Positions 51,949 through 64,000 of a stretch of 64,000 nucleotides of DNA are shown here, one piece after another. Positions within the stretch are counted from its first letter, which is position 1. Each line of letters starts with the position of its first letter. This DNA comes from Octopus sinensis (lineage: Eukaryota): contig NC_043013.1 in assembly GCF_006345805.1 (NCBI RefSeq), positions 45,074,001 to 45,138,000 of the forward strand, given 5' to 3'. The notes below the pieces were generated by a model, which searched no databases, was not told where the DNA came from, and saw only the letters and a list, made by a program, of their open reading frames with translations. Position numbers and translations under genes: made by a program.

Positions 51949-52075
51949 TATATATAATATATATCTCATATATATAAGATATATATATATGTATAATATA
52001 TATATATATATTATATATATATATATATAATATATATATCTATTTATATCTATCTATCTCTATATATTATATTTA
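51360..52075. repeat. Compound (TATC)n/(TA)n/(TC)n microsatellite
   Basis: ~700 bp of mixed TATC/TA/TC units. Confidence 0.95.
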
Positions 52076-52623
52076 CTTATGTGTATGTATATATGTATTT
52101 ATACAAGTATATATAATTACATAATTAACAATTAAATGACATTGGAAAATGAGTATATAAATAGCAAAATAATATAGTAGGAGTACAACATATAACAATA
52201 AAAAGAAACAAAATCTCAGCTGTTTCCTCTTCTCCTTTTTAGTTCAATTGAAAATAGAGGAAAAACTGGTTGTCTCTTCTCTCTCTCTCTCTCTCTCTCT
52301 CTCCATCTTTTATCTACCATTTTTTTTCTTGTATTGCCAATGCTTCTTTCTCTCCATCCAAGTCCCCTTTAGAGAACACCCACTTACGGTGGCCAATATT
52401 TTTACACTACCTTTGTAGCCCCTGTATTCTCTTTCACCTCATCGTCTCTCATTGAAGTTCATTTTATCTCCTAATTGGTCTGAGTTGCTTTACAGGTTGG
52501 TTTGGTCCTCTGAAATCTAGCAGGTTTGGAAGGGAATTCCTATGTAAACACAATCTTACCACCTCATTCCACATACACATATATATGTGTGTGTGTGTGT
52601 GTGTATATGTATTTATGTATGTA

Positions 52624-52675
<52 letters not shown>

Positions 52676-52805
52676 GGAGAGAGAGAGAGAGGATTAGGTG
52701 ATACAGAAAGAGATGGAGCAAAAGCAGGATTAGAAAAGGATAAAGAAAACGTGAGAGAGAGAAGTAGGAGGTGTATGTATGCACATATATATATATATAT
52801 ATATA

Positions 52806-52961
52806 TAGGTGCAGGCATGGCTGTGTGGTAAGAAGCTTGCCTCCAAACCACATGGTTCCAGGTTCAGTCCCACTGTGTGGCACATTGGGCAAGTATCTTC
52901 TACTATAGCCTGGGGCTGCCCAAAGCCTTGTGAGTGGATAAAATCTTAAAGAAGCCCATTG

Positions 52962-53031
<70 letters not shown>

Positions 53032-53290
53032 CATGTACACACTCACACATGTATGTATATTTATACATGTGTATCTTTGTGTCTGTCTTGTGTCTCCCAC
53101 CATCACCTGACAACTGATGTTGTTTACATACTTGTAACTTAGCAGCTCAGCAAAAGAGGCTGCTAGAATAGGTATTAGGCTTACAAAGAACAAGCCCTGG
53201 GGTTGGTTTCTTTGACAGAAAATAACCCTTCAAGGTGATGCTCCAGTATGGCTGCAGTTAAATGACTGGAACAAGTAAAAGAATAGAAGA
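52806..53290 (+). mobile_element. SINE family C with expanded internal (TA)n
   Basis: Diverged full-length match. Confidence 0.8.
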
Positions 53291-53997
53291 AAAGAATATA
53301 TGTATATAACCACCCAGTAGGTTTGAAAACTTTTTAGGTCTTATTTATTCACCATTCCACGTATTTTATTTACTGATAGGAATTACAAAAGTGTGTGTGT
53401 AGGATTAACATGTAAGGAATTACCTGTTAGAAATTCTTCAGGCTGAGAATCAAATAAGATATGTATTACTGTATCAGAAGATACAGTCATACATACATAT
53501 ATTCAACTGAAAGTGAATTTGGCAATACTTTAAAAATTCTTCAGATTCAAAACTGAAGGAAAATATAATTTTAAAAAAAAAAACTGAAGGAAAATATAAT
53601 TTACAAAAATTTACCATGGCAGGAAGTGCAGATGAGGGCAGCTGCATCAAACTCTCTCATACACCAAATGTCAATTGCTAAAACGCATTCGTGAAGTAAA
53701 ATCATGTAGCAACACCGAATGGCGGTGCCCCAGCATGGCCACAGCTCGTGAGCTGAAACTAGATGAAAATGAAAATATGCAAGACAGCTTTAATATTTGT
53801 TTCACCTCTTGAATCCCAAACTCCATGGTTCAACAACTCCCTTTTGTTTTGGGGATATTTTGAGTCTCCTATTATTAGTCTGTTGTATCTACAACCATGG
53901 TAGTGCTCACAAAATATTATTTACTTTGTTTGGAAGTATTATTAGTTGAAATATTTAAGATTTGTTATGACTTTGATAAAACATCAGTACATACATA

Positions 53998-54387
53998 TCT
54001 TTATATATAAAAGTGAAGTTGTGTGTCTGTTTCCTACGATTTAGATTCCTAACTACTCCCACATTTTCCGGTGCAGTTTAACCAAAAGCGGGTATCTTAT
54101 AGTCGTGTTTCATATCGAGCCCTTCTGGGTATTAGCGCGTGTCTACGATGAGTCAACGATTTAAAAAAAAATTTACCATAATTTTGTTTCCATTTTAATG
54201 CTTTTTTTTGCTATTATATAAGGGAAGTAACTCTCTAAAAATGTCTACGATGAGTCAACGATTTAAAAAAAAATTTACCATCATTTTTTTCCCATTTTTA
54301 ATGCATTTTTTTGGCTATAACTCTCTAAAAATGCTTATATAGTTATTTCCCTTACAAAACCAAGCAACGCCGGACGATACTGCTAGT
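53998..54387 (+). mobile_element. Helentron-like element, family A copy 2
   Basis: Same termini and body as 20515-20899. Confidence 0.7.
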
Positions 54388-54734
54388 AACATATTATATT
54401 TATGTAGGGTTAAAATCCAAGCTGTGTCCTCTTGAAGCACATATACTTATTCCAATATTCCAAATCCGTGTGTAGTTGTTATATTTATGTGAGGTACACA
54501 TTAGAGTTGAAAATTCTAGAAATCTTGTTTGCAGAGTTATTATTAATCAGAACAGGATGTTGGGAAAATTTCTTTTCAGTATCATCTTCACCGTTACACA
54601 CGTTTATCAACTACAAAAGTCTGACTTGGCAGAATTTGAATTCAGGATGTAAAGACGGACAAAATGCTGCTAAACATTTTGCTTGGCATGCTAATGATTC
54701 TGTCAGCTTGCTGATATATACTACTCTTTTAATC

Positions 54735-55120
54735 TTTTACTTGTTTCAGTCATTTGACTGTGGCCATGGCGGAGCACTGCTTTTACTCCACCAAATTAAC
54801 CCCCAGGACTTATTCTTTGTAAGCCTAGTACTTATTGTATTGGTCTTTTTTGCCAAACCACTAAGTTACAGGGACGTAAACAAACCAGCATCAGTTGTCA
54901 AGCGATGTTGGGGGGACAAACACAGACACACACACACATATATATATATATATACATGACGGTCATCTTTCAGTTTCCGTCTACTAAATCCACTCACAAG
55001 ACTTTGGTCAGCCCGAGGCTATAGTAGAAGGCACTTGCCCATGGTGCCACGCAGTGGGACTGAACCCGGAACCATGTAGTTCGTTAGCAAGCTACTTACC
55101 ACACAGCCACTCCTATGCCT
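54735..55120 (-). mobile_element. SINE family C
   Basis: Reverse-complement match. Confidence 0.8.
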
Positions 55121-55691
55121 AATGTTTCCAAAATTATTGTAGAAACTCAGTCAGTAAACATTCATTAAATAAATCGACATCAATTCACACCATTCCCTAC
55201 CCTTGAAATAATCATAAGAATAATATCCTTTGTGCCATGGGACCATAGATTTATATATAAAAAAAGATACAATTGTTTGAATCAATCCCTAATATATGAC
55301 TGGTATTTTATATCAAACAGAAAAGGGTTAGTTTGTCTTCTATTGTTTGTGTACACTGTTAACTATATAGATTTCAAATTCATAACTCGCAAACCTCATC
55401 CACATGAAAAGCAAGAATTGAATTCATGCATATACAATTAATTCTGGAATGTGATATCAACATTCTAATTAGAAATAATTATGCATTGAGGAAGAGATTA
55501 ATTTATTACCTCATCATACTCCAGTGTAGGATTGTTCTTGGTTGATGTGATCATAATAAGAATGAAACATTTTCAGATTTGTCTAACATACTTGCAAATG
55601 ATTTAAGTAATATTGGTTTCAAATTTTGGGAGAGGTGGAGCAAGCCAATTGCATGAGCCCCAGTGTTCTACTAATACTTATCTTATTAACT

Positions 55692-55907
55692 ATAGGCATG
55701 GGAGTGGCTGTGTGGTAAGTTATAGGCACAGGAGTCGCTGTGTGGTAAGTAGCTTGCTTACCAACCACATGGTTCCGGGTTCAGTCCCACTGCATGGCAC
55801 CTTGGGCAAGTGTCTTCTACTATAGCTTCAGGCCGACTAAAACCTTGTGAGTGGATTTGGTAGACGGAAACTGAAAGAAGCCCGTTGTATATATATGTGT
55901 TTGCGTG

Positions 55908-55954
<47 letters not shown>

Positions 55955-56122
55955 CTGTTTGTCGCCCAACATTGCTTGATGATTGATGCTGGTGTTTACA
56001 TCCCTGTCACTTACCAGTTCGACAAAAGAGATCGATAGAATAAGTCCTGTGGTCGATTTCTTTGACTAAAGGCGATGCTCCAGCATGGCCACAGTCAAAT
56101 GACTGAAACAAGTAAATGAGTA
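55692..56122 (+). mobile_element. SINE family C with duplicated head
   Basis: TAGGCATGGGAGTGGCTGTGTGGTAAGT followed by TAGGCACAGGAGTCGCTGTGTGGTAAGT. Confidence 0.8.
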
Positions 56123-56199
56123 ACCCTGAAAGGATGAAAGGCAAAGTCGACCTTGGTGGAATTTCAATATCAGAATGTAAAGACAGATAGAATGCCGTT

Positions 56200-56444
56200 C
56201 TATATTTAAGAGATGAGGAATTATGTACATTATTTACATTCGACGGATATTTGTCCTCATCTTGTTTGTTGTTAACACAACGTTTCGGCTGATATACCCT
56301 CCAGCCATTCCTACCTTAGAAATGAGAACCCAGGTTCGAAATTTCACCAAGACACCTGAAGAAGGCTTGGAGGGCGTATCAGCCGAAACGTTGTGTTAAC
56401 AACAAACAAGATGAGGACAAATATCTGTTGAATGTAAATAATGT
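56200..56444. mobile_element. Short Penelope-type fold-back element inserted in a SINE
   Basis: Inverted arms 56226-56306 / 56364-56445. Imperfect 15-bp target duplication AGATAGAATGCCGTT (56185-56199) / AGATGAAATGCCGTT (56445-56459). Carries a hammerhead motif. Confidence 0.7.
56351..56397 (+). ncRNA. Minimal type I hammerhead ribozyme motif (C3:G8 core, extra A after A9)
   Basis: GACAC-CTGAAGA-A-GGCT(13 nt)AGCC-GAA-ACGT-T-GTGTT: stem I, core, stem II, palindromic stem III, GUU cleavage triplet (predicted cut 3' of 56392). Confidence 0.7.
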
Positions 56445-56526
56445 AGATGAAATGCCGTTAAGCACTTTGTCCGTCAGGCTTAATGATCCTGCCAGCTCGT
56501 CACCGAATATTAAAGTAATATTAGTA

Positions 56527-56913
56527 ACTAGCAGTATCGCCCGGCATTGCTCGGGTTTGTAAGGGAAATAACTATATAAGCATTTTTAGAGAGTTATAGC
56601 CAAAAAATAGCATTAAAAATGGAAAAAAAATGATGGTAAATTTTTTAAAAATCGTTGACTCATCGTAGACATTTTTAGAGAGTTACTTCCCTTATATAAT
56701 AGCGAAAAAATGCATTAAAAGGGAAAACAACGATGGTAAATTTTTTTTAAATCGTAGACTGATCGTAGACGCGCGCTAATACCCAGAAGGGCTCGATATG
56801 AATCACAACTATAAGATACCCGGTTTTGGTTAAACTGCACCGCAAAATGTGGGAGTAGTTAGGAATCTAAATTGTAGGAGACAGACACACAACCTCTCTT
56901 TTATATATATAGA
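56527..56913 (-). mobile_element. Helentron-like element, family A copy 3
   Basis: Reverse complement of family A. Confidence 0.7.
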
Positions 56914-57689
56914 TTTTCTACCATTTTTATTTCTTCGGTTTATTTTGTTATTTTTAGTTAAGCATTTTGGTGGTGTTTCAAATATGTTAATACTAAGTTA
57001 ATTATCGAATTCAACCTGTTTGGATGTTAGCCATTTTAAAACCCATTTTTCTTTTTTCTGTTTAAGTTTTTTTCTTTTCTTTTTCTTTTTTTTAATTATC
57101 TTTTTTACAATTATTTCTCAGTGCTAACCGGAGATACATGCTTCTGCTGTAAACTAAAACTTCATTGTTTATTGTAGGAGAGTCACATGGTTATTGCTTT
57201 CAAAGGCTGATCCATTTACCATAAAGTAATAAGCACTGAAGTGGTGGGGTTTTTTTGACTAACTTATCTATACAAAGAACAGACACACACAAAAAACAAA
57301 AAAAAAACAACCTCAGACAATGGTTACAGTGAGACTTAAATTCTAGGAATCCCATATTTTATATTACTTAACTTTCATGCCTTTAACTAGTTATTAATAA
57401 CCTCAATAAAATACTAAAGATTCACGCTCCAGGATATAGACTTATTTCGTGGTCAAGTAGGTTGTGGCTGATGCTGTTTAGCCCTAGGTCAGTCCTGAGC
57501 CAGTAAACTTAGGTGCAAAGATATTCTACCTGTGATTATCCAGTTTTTTTGTCTTTTTACTTTCAATATACTGCATCTCAGATATATTATAAAATATGTA
57601 CCTCTTATTTTGAGACAGTAGAGTGTGGTTTGAGAAAAGTTTTGATCATCTTACTGCACACTGAACATGCGGTGATGTATCCTGTAGAG

Positions 57690-58441
57690 TAGGGGGCTCT
57701 CAACCATTCTTATCTCTGGACTCCTTTCGTTACTATTTCATTCTGGTGGACCCCCACTAGCCATTTGATGTTTAAAAACTAGTTTTATAGATGCTTCTTT
57801 CAAAATTCTATTTTCTTTTCCACACATTAACTTGTGTAGGTTGAACTTTACTCTTTTACTTGTGGCCATGCTGGAGCGCCGCCTTCAGTCGAGCAAATCG
57901 ACCCCAGGACTTATTCTTTGTAAGCCTAGTACTTATTCTGTTGGTCTCTTTTGCTGAACCACTAAGTTACAGGGACATAAACACACCAGCATCGGTTGTC
58001 AAGCAATGTTGGGGGGGGACAAACACAGGCGCACAAACATACACACACACACACACACACACATACACACATATATATATATAATATATATATATATATA
58101 CACACACACATATATACGATGGGCTTCTTTTCGTTTCCGTCTACCAAATCCACTCACAAGGCTTTGGTCAGCCCGAGGCTATAGTAGAAGACACTTGCCC
58201 AAGATGCCATGCAGTGGGACTGAACCCAGAACCATGTGGTTGGTTAGCAAGCTACTTACCACACAGCCACTCCTGTGCCTATGTAAAATGTTAAAGAAAG
58301 AAACCAAGCTGTGTCTTGCAATACATACATCTGAAGCAAAATTTTTTCAGGGGTCTCTTAAAATACTATTTTGTTTCCCCAATTTACTATTTTGTCACAT
58401 GAACCCTCGGGAGCCATATGGACTCAGGTTGAGAACCACTG
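57690..58441. mobile_element. hAT MITE (same family as 44916) split by a SINE
   Basis: Left TIR decayed, right end GTTGAGAACCACTG; perfect TSD CTGTAGAG; SINE 57849-58280 inside. Confidence 0.75.
57849..58280 (-). mobile_element. SINE family C
   Basis: Reverse complement, inserted in a hAT MITE. Confidence 0.85.
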
Positions 58442-59348
58442 CTGTAGAGTATGTTGTGACACTCTGAACAGTATAATGTTTCTTGTTATGACCGTATCAG
58501 TAAAGCATAGCCTTACTTAATACAACAACCCACCGAAAGGATAAAAGGCAAAGTTGACCTTGGCAGCATTTGACAAATGAAATGCCACCAAGCATTTTGT
58601 CTGGCGTGCAAATGATTCTGCCAGCTCACCACCTTAATAATAATAATAATAATAATAATAGGCACAAGGCCTGACGTTTTGGGGGAGGGGGCTAGTTGAT
58701 TGCGTCAACCCCAGTACTCAACTGGTACTTAATTTATTGACCCCAAAAGAATGAAAGGCAAAGACGACCTTGGCAGAACTTGAACTTGGAACATAAAGAC
58801 AGATGAAATGCCACTAAGCATTTTGCCCAGCATGCTAACGATTCTGCCAGCTTGCCTGAAAAACATTTGAAACTTTAGAAATGCCCTACAAACAATCTAG
58901 GTCTATTGCAAAAGTTGGCATTACTTGGAACTGCATGCATATTGCATAAAGTACTCACTGTCTGAGGTCCTTGTTGTGACTTGACAAACAGTACGAACCT
59001 CAGTAGACACAATATCTTCAATCAACTATCTCATGGTCTTGTGTACTGTGCGCTGTCTATAATAATATTATTAATAATAATAATCCTTTCTACTAAAGGC
59101 TCAAGGCCTGAAATTTTTGGGGAAAGGACTAATAGATTACAATCTTTTCTAAGGTACACAGTCTGAAATTTGATGGGAGTGGGGGCTAGTTGATTACATC
59201 AATCCCAGTACTTCAGCAGGTGCTTATTTCATCAACCCTGAAAGGATGAAAAGCAAAGTCAACCTCAAATGTGAAACTGGAAAAAATCCTGCTAAACATT
59301 TTGTCCAGCATGCTAACAGTTCTGCCAGCCTGTAGCCTTAATAATAAT

Positions 59349-59576
59349 AATTTTTGTAAGACCCCCACCTCCACTACAATGTGACAATATTTTTTGCTCT
59401 GAAAGTTAAGGCTGAGTGAATGTGTTTAGTGATAGTCACAAAAAAAATCAAAGCTCTCTAAATTTAATTTGTCCACTTGACATATTAAATTTAGAGAGCT
59501 TTGATTTTTTTGTGACTATCACTAGATACATTCATTCAGCCTTAACATTGTAGTGGGGTTGGGTCTTACAAAAATT
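59349..59576. repeat. ~228-bp near-perfect palindrome (fold-back MITE-like)
   Basis: AATTTTTGTAAGACCC...TAAATTTAAT / ATTAAATTTA...GGGTCTTACAAAAATT with a 15-nt loop and a ~20-nt indel in one arm. Confidence 0.8.
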
Positions 59577-59984
59577 TCAAAGCCAAATACACGACCATCC
59601 TCTGCCAATCAAATTGTGTCCTAAACAGACACTAATTTGAGCTATGTTCTCTCCATAAAAACAAGTGAATTTTCAAATTCCTGTCAGAAGCAAGACAGTG
59701 TGGTATAGTCCCACCTCTTTCTATCTTAACTTTTGAAAATCAGAAAAATCTGTGAAATCAGTTTAGCCTTTAAAAATAAACCATGTGAAATACTCCCAGT
59801 GCATTTTTTCACCTTCTTTGTATATTATAACTGAAAAGCTCTGATTTTCAGTACTTAAAGTTGCTTGTTTCCGATCATCAGCTGTAAACCAAGCCTGGTT
59901 TTCTTTTCAATATCCATTGTCTGAATATGTTTTGAAATATGAAAATGTAAATTTGAAGCAAACACATATCCTTATGTTCTTTCA

Positions 59985-60185
59985 TTAATCACTGATCACT
60001 GCTGTTTGATTCAGCCTTTGCACTGTATATTATTAACTGTGCCAGGCAGTTGCCATCGAGTGGACAGTTCTCGTGAATTCTAAAGTTGCATGATCTTTGT
60101 TGGGTAACTATTTGCATCTCTCTCCTATTCAATCTTTGTATAGCACCTAAAATTTTTGCGAGCTGAATAGCTAACCATAACACAG
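59985..60185 (-). mobile_element. Penelope-like linker/GIY-YIG remnant, second lineage
   Basis: SCNFRIHENCPLDGNCLAQLIIYSAK matches the CNCR...CPLDG.CL...IIY.A motif preceding GIY-YIG in many PLEs. Confidence 0.65.
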
Positions 60186-61300
60186 TTCTTATTCAATATA
60201 TATTTTTTTATACTTATATCCTGGAGGAAAATGGTGATCTATTAAATGAAAGAACATTTCCTTCAAATTTTCATTGTGTGTGTGTGTCTCCTTGTCTTGA
60301 TATCCTGTGATATTTGAAAATGAGTGTCACCATCATACTAGTGGTGTCTTGTTTCCAATCTTACATGAAAATGTTCTGCTATGGGGAAAGATTGCCTTGA
60401 TTGGAAACAGGTGAGGGTTGCCAATGGAAACATCTTTGTCATAGAAAATCTGCCTCAGTGAATTCCATCGGACACATGCAAGCACGGAAGAGGTGAACAC
60501 TAAAACAGTAGTGATGGATGATGATATATATGTGGGGGGAGGGGGCATGTGTGTGTGGGGGGGGGGCGTGTGTATACTGTTTGTTAAACAATCCTCTTTG
60601 CTCATAGAAACCCTGTTTGTTAGCAGTCCAGCATGGAAGCATACCTGATCATCTTAACAGGTTTTGACTTGTGCACACTGATAGTGAACAAAAGCATCGT
60701 TGTTCAGCCAAAGTGTCTTTGTTTGCAGTCCTCCGTGAAAGCATGCCTGGATTGTTTACTGTTTGATTAACAGGAAAACTGTTACCTCGTTTCAAAACAG
60801 GTGCAGGTTGATATCAGGAAGGGTGTCTGGCCAGAGAAAATTCTGCCTTGGTGAAGTCATATCTACCCCAGCCCACCCCTCCATGCAGGCATGGGAAAGG
60901 AGACATTAAAAGAAAAATGAAACAGTGTGTAATGTGTGTGTTTAATGTCCATGTGTCTTCACATGGCACATGTTAAGGTGATTGGTGATGCTATGATTAA
61001 ATCTCTCATAAATATGTTCTGTAGTTTCGTGCTTTTGATGTAGGATGACCACTGGAATATAAATTCCTGATTTGAAAAACAGGTAAGGGTTGAATGACAT
61101 CCAGCTGTAGAATACCAACCCATGCCAGCATGGAAAAAGTATATGTAAAAATAATGAGGGCGTTATGATATCACACACACACACACACACACACACACCA
61201 TGATCCTAACTGAAAATAAATACAGGAAAAAGAAAACAAAAATAACAAGTGAAAATGGAAAACCTACAATTCTAAAAAACAAACAAAAAGCAGTCTAGAG

Positions 61301-61847
61301 CTGTGCTACCCACAGTGGTGGTCCATGGGCCATCAGCTGTTGGTGTGCAGCAAGTTTCCAGAAAAGAAAGAAACATTATAAAATGCTTATGTAATATTGT
61401 ATTATTTGTTTACAAAATAAATATAAGATAAAAAAAATCGTCAACTTTTATTATATTCATTATATATATTAACAATTGCAGCGTGGAAGGTGTTTATAAG
61501 CCATTTAAGAAACACACAAAACCATTAGATTCACTTCAACATTTAAATTTAATTTGTCAAAATATTTGTCAAAGCGACGAAAATATTTTGACAAATTAAA
61601 TTTAAATGTTGAAGTGAATCTAACGGTTTTTGTGTGTTTCTTAAATGGCTTATAAACACCTTCCACGCTGCAATTGTTTTCGTTCCGGCACACGATCTCA
61701 GATCAAGTCACTTGCTATGCAAGTACATCTCCGTAATTATATATATTGTTTATGGTATAAATTAATATTATTAAGAAATATTACTGGCCCCTGGCACACG
61801 GGAAAAAAACTGCCAGTACACCATATCAGATAGTTTGAGAAGCACTG
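61301..61847. mobile_element. hAT MITE hosting the 61471 fold-back element
   Basis: Right end TTTGAGAAGCACTG, decayed left end; TSD GTCTAGAG/ATCTAGAG. Confidence 0.6.
61471..61735. mobile_element. Short Penelope-type fold-back element nested in a hAT MITE
   Basis: ~97-bp near-perfect inverted arms 61471-61567 / 61580-61678. 12-bp low-complexity duplication ATTATATATATT at 61459-61470 / 61736-61747. Confidence 0.7.
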
Positions 61848-63832
61848 ATCTAGAGGTAGCAGTGGGTTTTAATATTGGTTGAGTTGATTATTGAGCATAG
61901 CATTTTGGTTGAAATTTCTGGTTTAAATTGATTTTTAGTGTTTTCATTTTCAGTGGTTATTGATTTTTTTTTTCATATTTCTTTTTGTGTTTATCTTCTG
62001 ATTGCGTGTGTGTGAGAATGATTTTATCTCACTACTTCCCATATTGGTGCCTGACGAAAGTCATTAGACTTGAAATGTTGATATCTACGGATGGGTCTAT
62101 GAAAGATAAAATGTTTATTTTCTATACGTTGGAAAATATATTATTGAGTTCTCTATTGCATGACTTGTCTTCCTAGTCTTTGGATTAAGAGTCATATCTG
62201 TCTATCTGTTTGTCTGTCTATGTATCACCAAGTGTGTATGTATATATATATATATATATCCAAGTTTATTTATACATATATATATATATCAATAAAAGCA
62301 AGAACTTTTGTAAAAGATGTTAAGATGTGTAATTTGAGCCAATGAAATATTACATACCATCTCTTATGTATAATTGTGTTCTATTTACTTAAGTATATAC
62401 TTATATTAATTATTGTATATACTTATGTGTATCCTGTATTATATACTTTTTCTCATGAGTAAACATTGCTAAAATCAAAGCTTGCCGTTATCACCTTAGG
62501 TTGTTATCCTTTTGTTTTGGCATTTTTTCATGTACAAGGGATTGATTCAAACAATTCTGTTGCTTCTTGTGGTGACCAGTTGTTGTCAAAATTTAAGAAA
62601 GTGATGGAATGTTTGAAGTGAGAGTGAAATATTCACTCCTTTGATTGATTTAGCTGTTTAATGCGTACACAATTACGGTGGTAGGCAGACTCATAGAAAA
62701 GATCAAGCTTTGAGGGAACTCAGAAGAATATTCTTTGTGAGAACCAACATGATTTTTTCACTTTACTTTTAAAACTATTTTTGAATTGTACTGGCTGGAC
62801 ACTGTTAGTTATGACATCGGGTGTTCCAGTTGATTCAATCAGCAGAACAGCCTGCTCATAAAATTAACTTGCAAGTGGCTGAATACTCCACAGACACATG
62901 TACCCTTAACAGAAGATTCAGCGGGACACACCGAACACAACAAGGTTGCCCACTGAACTACACATGCAACTGATTTTTGCCAGCTGCATGGACTGGAGCA
63001 ATGTGAAATAAAGTGTCTTGCTCAAGGACACATTGTGCCGTTGGGAATTGAACTCATGACCTTATGATTGTGAGCCGAATACACTAACCACTAAACCACG
63101 CACCTTTACAAAACCTACACTATGGACATTTCGAATACAGGCCAATGATGAGCTATGTCCTAATAAACTGTGTGAGACTGAACAGCCTCAAATGGTTCTT
63201 TTACTTGTTTCAGTTATTTGACTGTGGCCATGCTGGAGCACCACCTTTTAGTCGAGCAAATCGACCCCAGGACTTTATTCTTTGTAAGACTAGTACTTAT
63301 TCTGTCGGTCTCTTTTGCTGAACCACTAAGTTACGGGGACATAAACACACCAGCATTGGTTGTCTGTGTTGGTATCAGCAAAATGTAGTTTGGTTAGAGG
63401 AAGATTCACATACAATAAGTCCAAGTCAGTTGTCACCCTGAACATTTTCCCAGTTCAGTGTTTAATAGAATTTCTTTAGTAAAAGTTGTGGTAGATAGGT
63501 AATTGAATGTCATTCATGTTAATCGTTATGTATATGAGAGAGAGAGAGAGAATTGTCTCTACATAGTCTTCAAAATATTTATTTTCTGTTTTGCCACATG
63601 AGATCAAACATGTACTCCTACATATTATAAATTTGTACAAATAGGTGCAGGAGTGGCTGTGTGGTAAGTAGCTTGCTTACGAACTACATGGTTCCGGGTT
63701 CAGTCCTACTGCATGGCACCTTGGGCAAGTGTCTTCTACTTTTTAATACTGTTCAATGTCTCTTGGATTTTCTTTTTCTTTTAACTTATCAACCAACTTT
63801 AAAGAATAAATTTTTCTCTTCTTAAATTCCAG

Positions 63833-63961
63833 GATGCTCGGGCAGCATTCCGACAAGAACTCTCTGAGTCGACACAGAAACTTAATGCAATGTCTAAAAA
63901 GCTGGGTGCATGCATTGATAAAGCTCGACCATATTATGATGCAAGGATGAGGGCAAAAGAG
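63833..63961 (+). CDS. SH3BP5: SH3BP5 homologue, coding exon 3 (gene continues beyond window)
   Basis: Acceptor TTCCAG. Encodes DARAAFRQELSESTQKLNAMSKKLGACIDKARPYYDARMRAKE (cf. AR..FR..L.E....L....KK.G.....PY.EAR). Donor GAG|GTCAGT, phase 0/0, 129 nt. Confidence 0.92.
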
Positions 63962-64000
63962 GTCAGTTTAATGATTTTTTCATTAATGATTTTTGATGCA

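Overview
AT-rich, microsatellite- and transposon-dense animal genomic DNA. The SINE/RTE repertoire points to a cephalopod, probably Octopus (inference). The one confidently identified gene is an SH3BP5/parcas homologue on the + strand. Three phase-0 coding exons are in the window (25241-25303, 35534-35596, 63833-63961), separated by ~10 kb and ~28 kb introns, and the gene continues past the window. A possible two-exon orphan gene on the - strand (14517-13630) would encode a ~123-aa secreted-looking protein. The rest is mobile DNA: a decayed RTE LINE and fragments, three tRNA-derived SINE families, hAT/Tc1-mariner/piggyBac-like MITEs, Helentron-like elements, Penelope-like (PLE) ORF remnants and short PLE-type fold-back elements. 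The most interesting signal is that four unrelated short repeat families each carry a minimal type I hammerhead-ribozyme fold with the same architecture: an extra purine after A9 and a tiny palindromic stem III. Their catalytic cores differ: C3:G8, G3:C8, U3:A8 and an A6U variant. In three elements the fold-back junction lies inside the hammerhead motif. All folds were read by eye; none has been computed or assayed.
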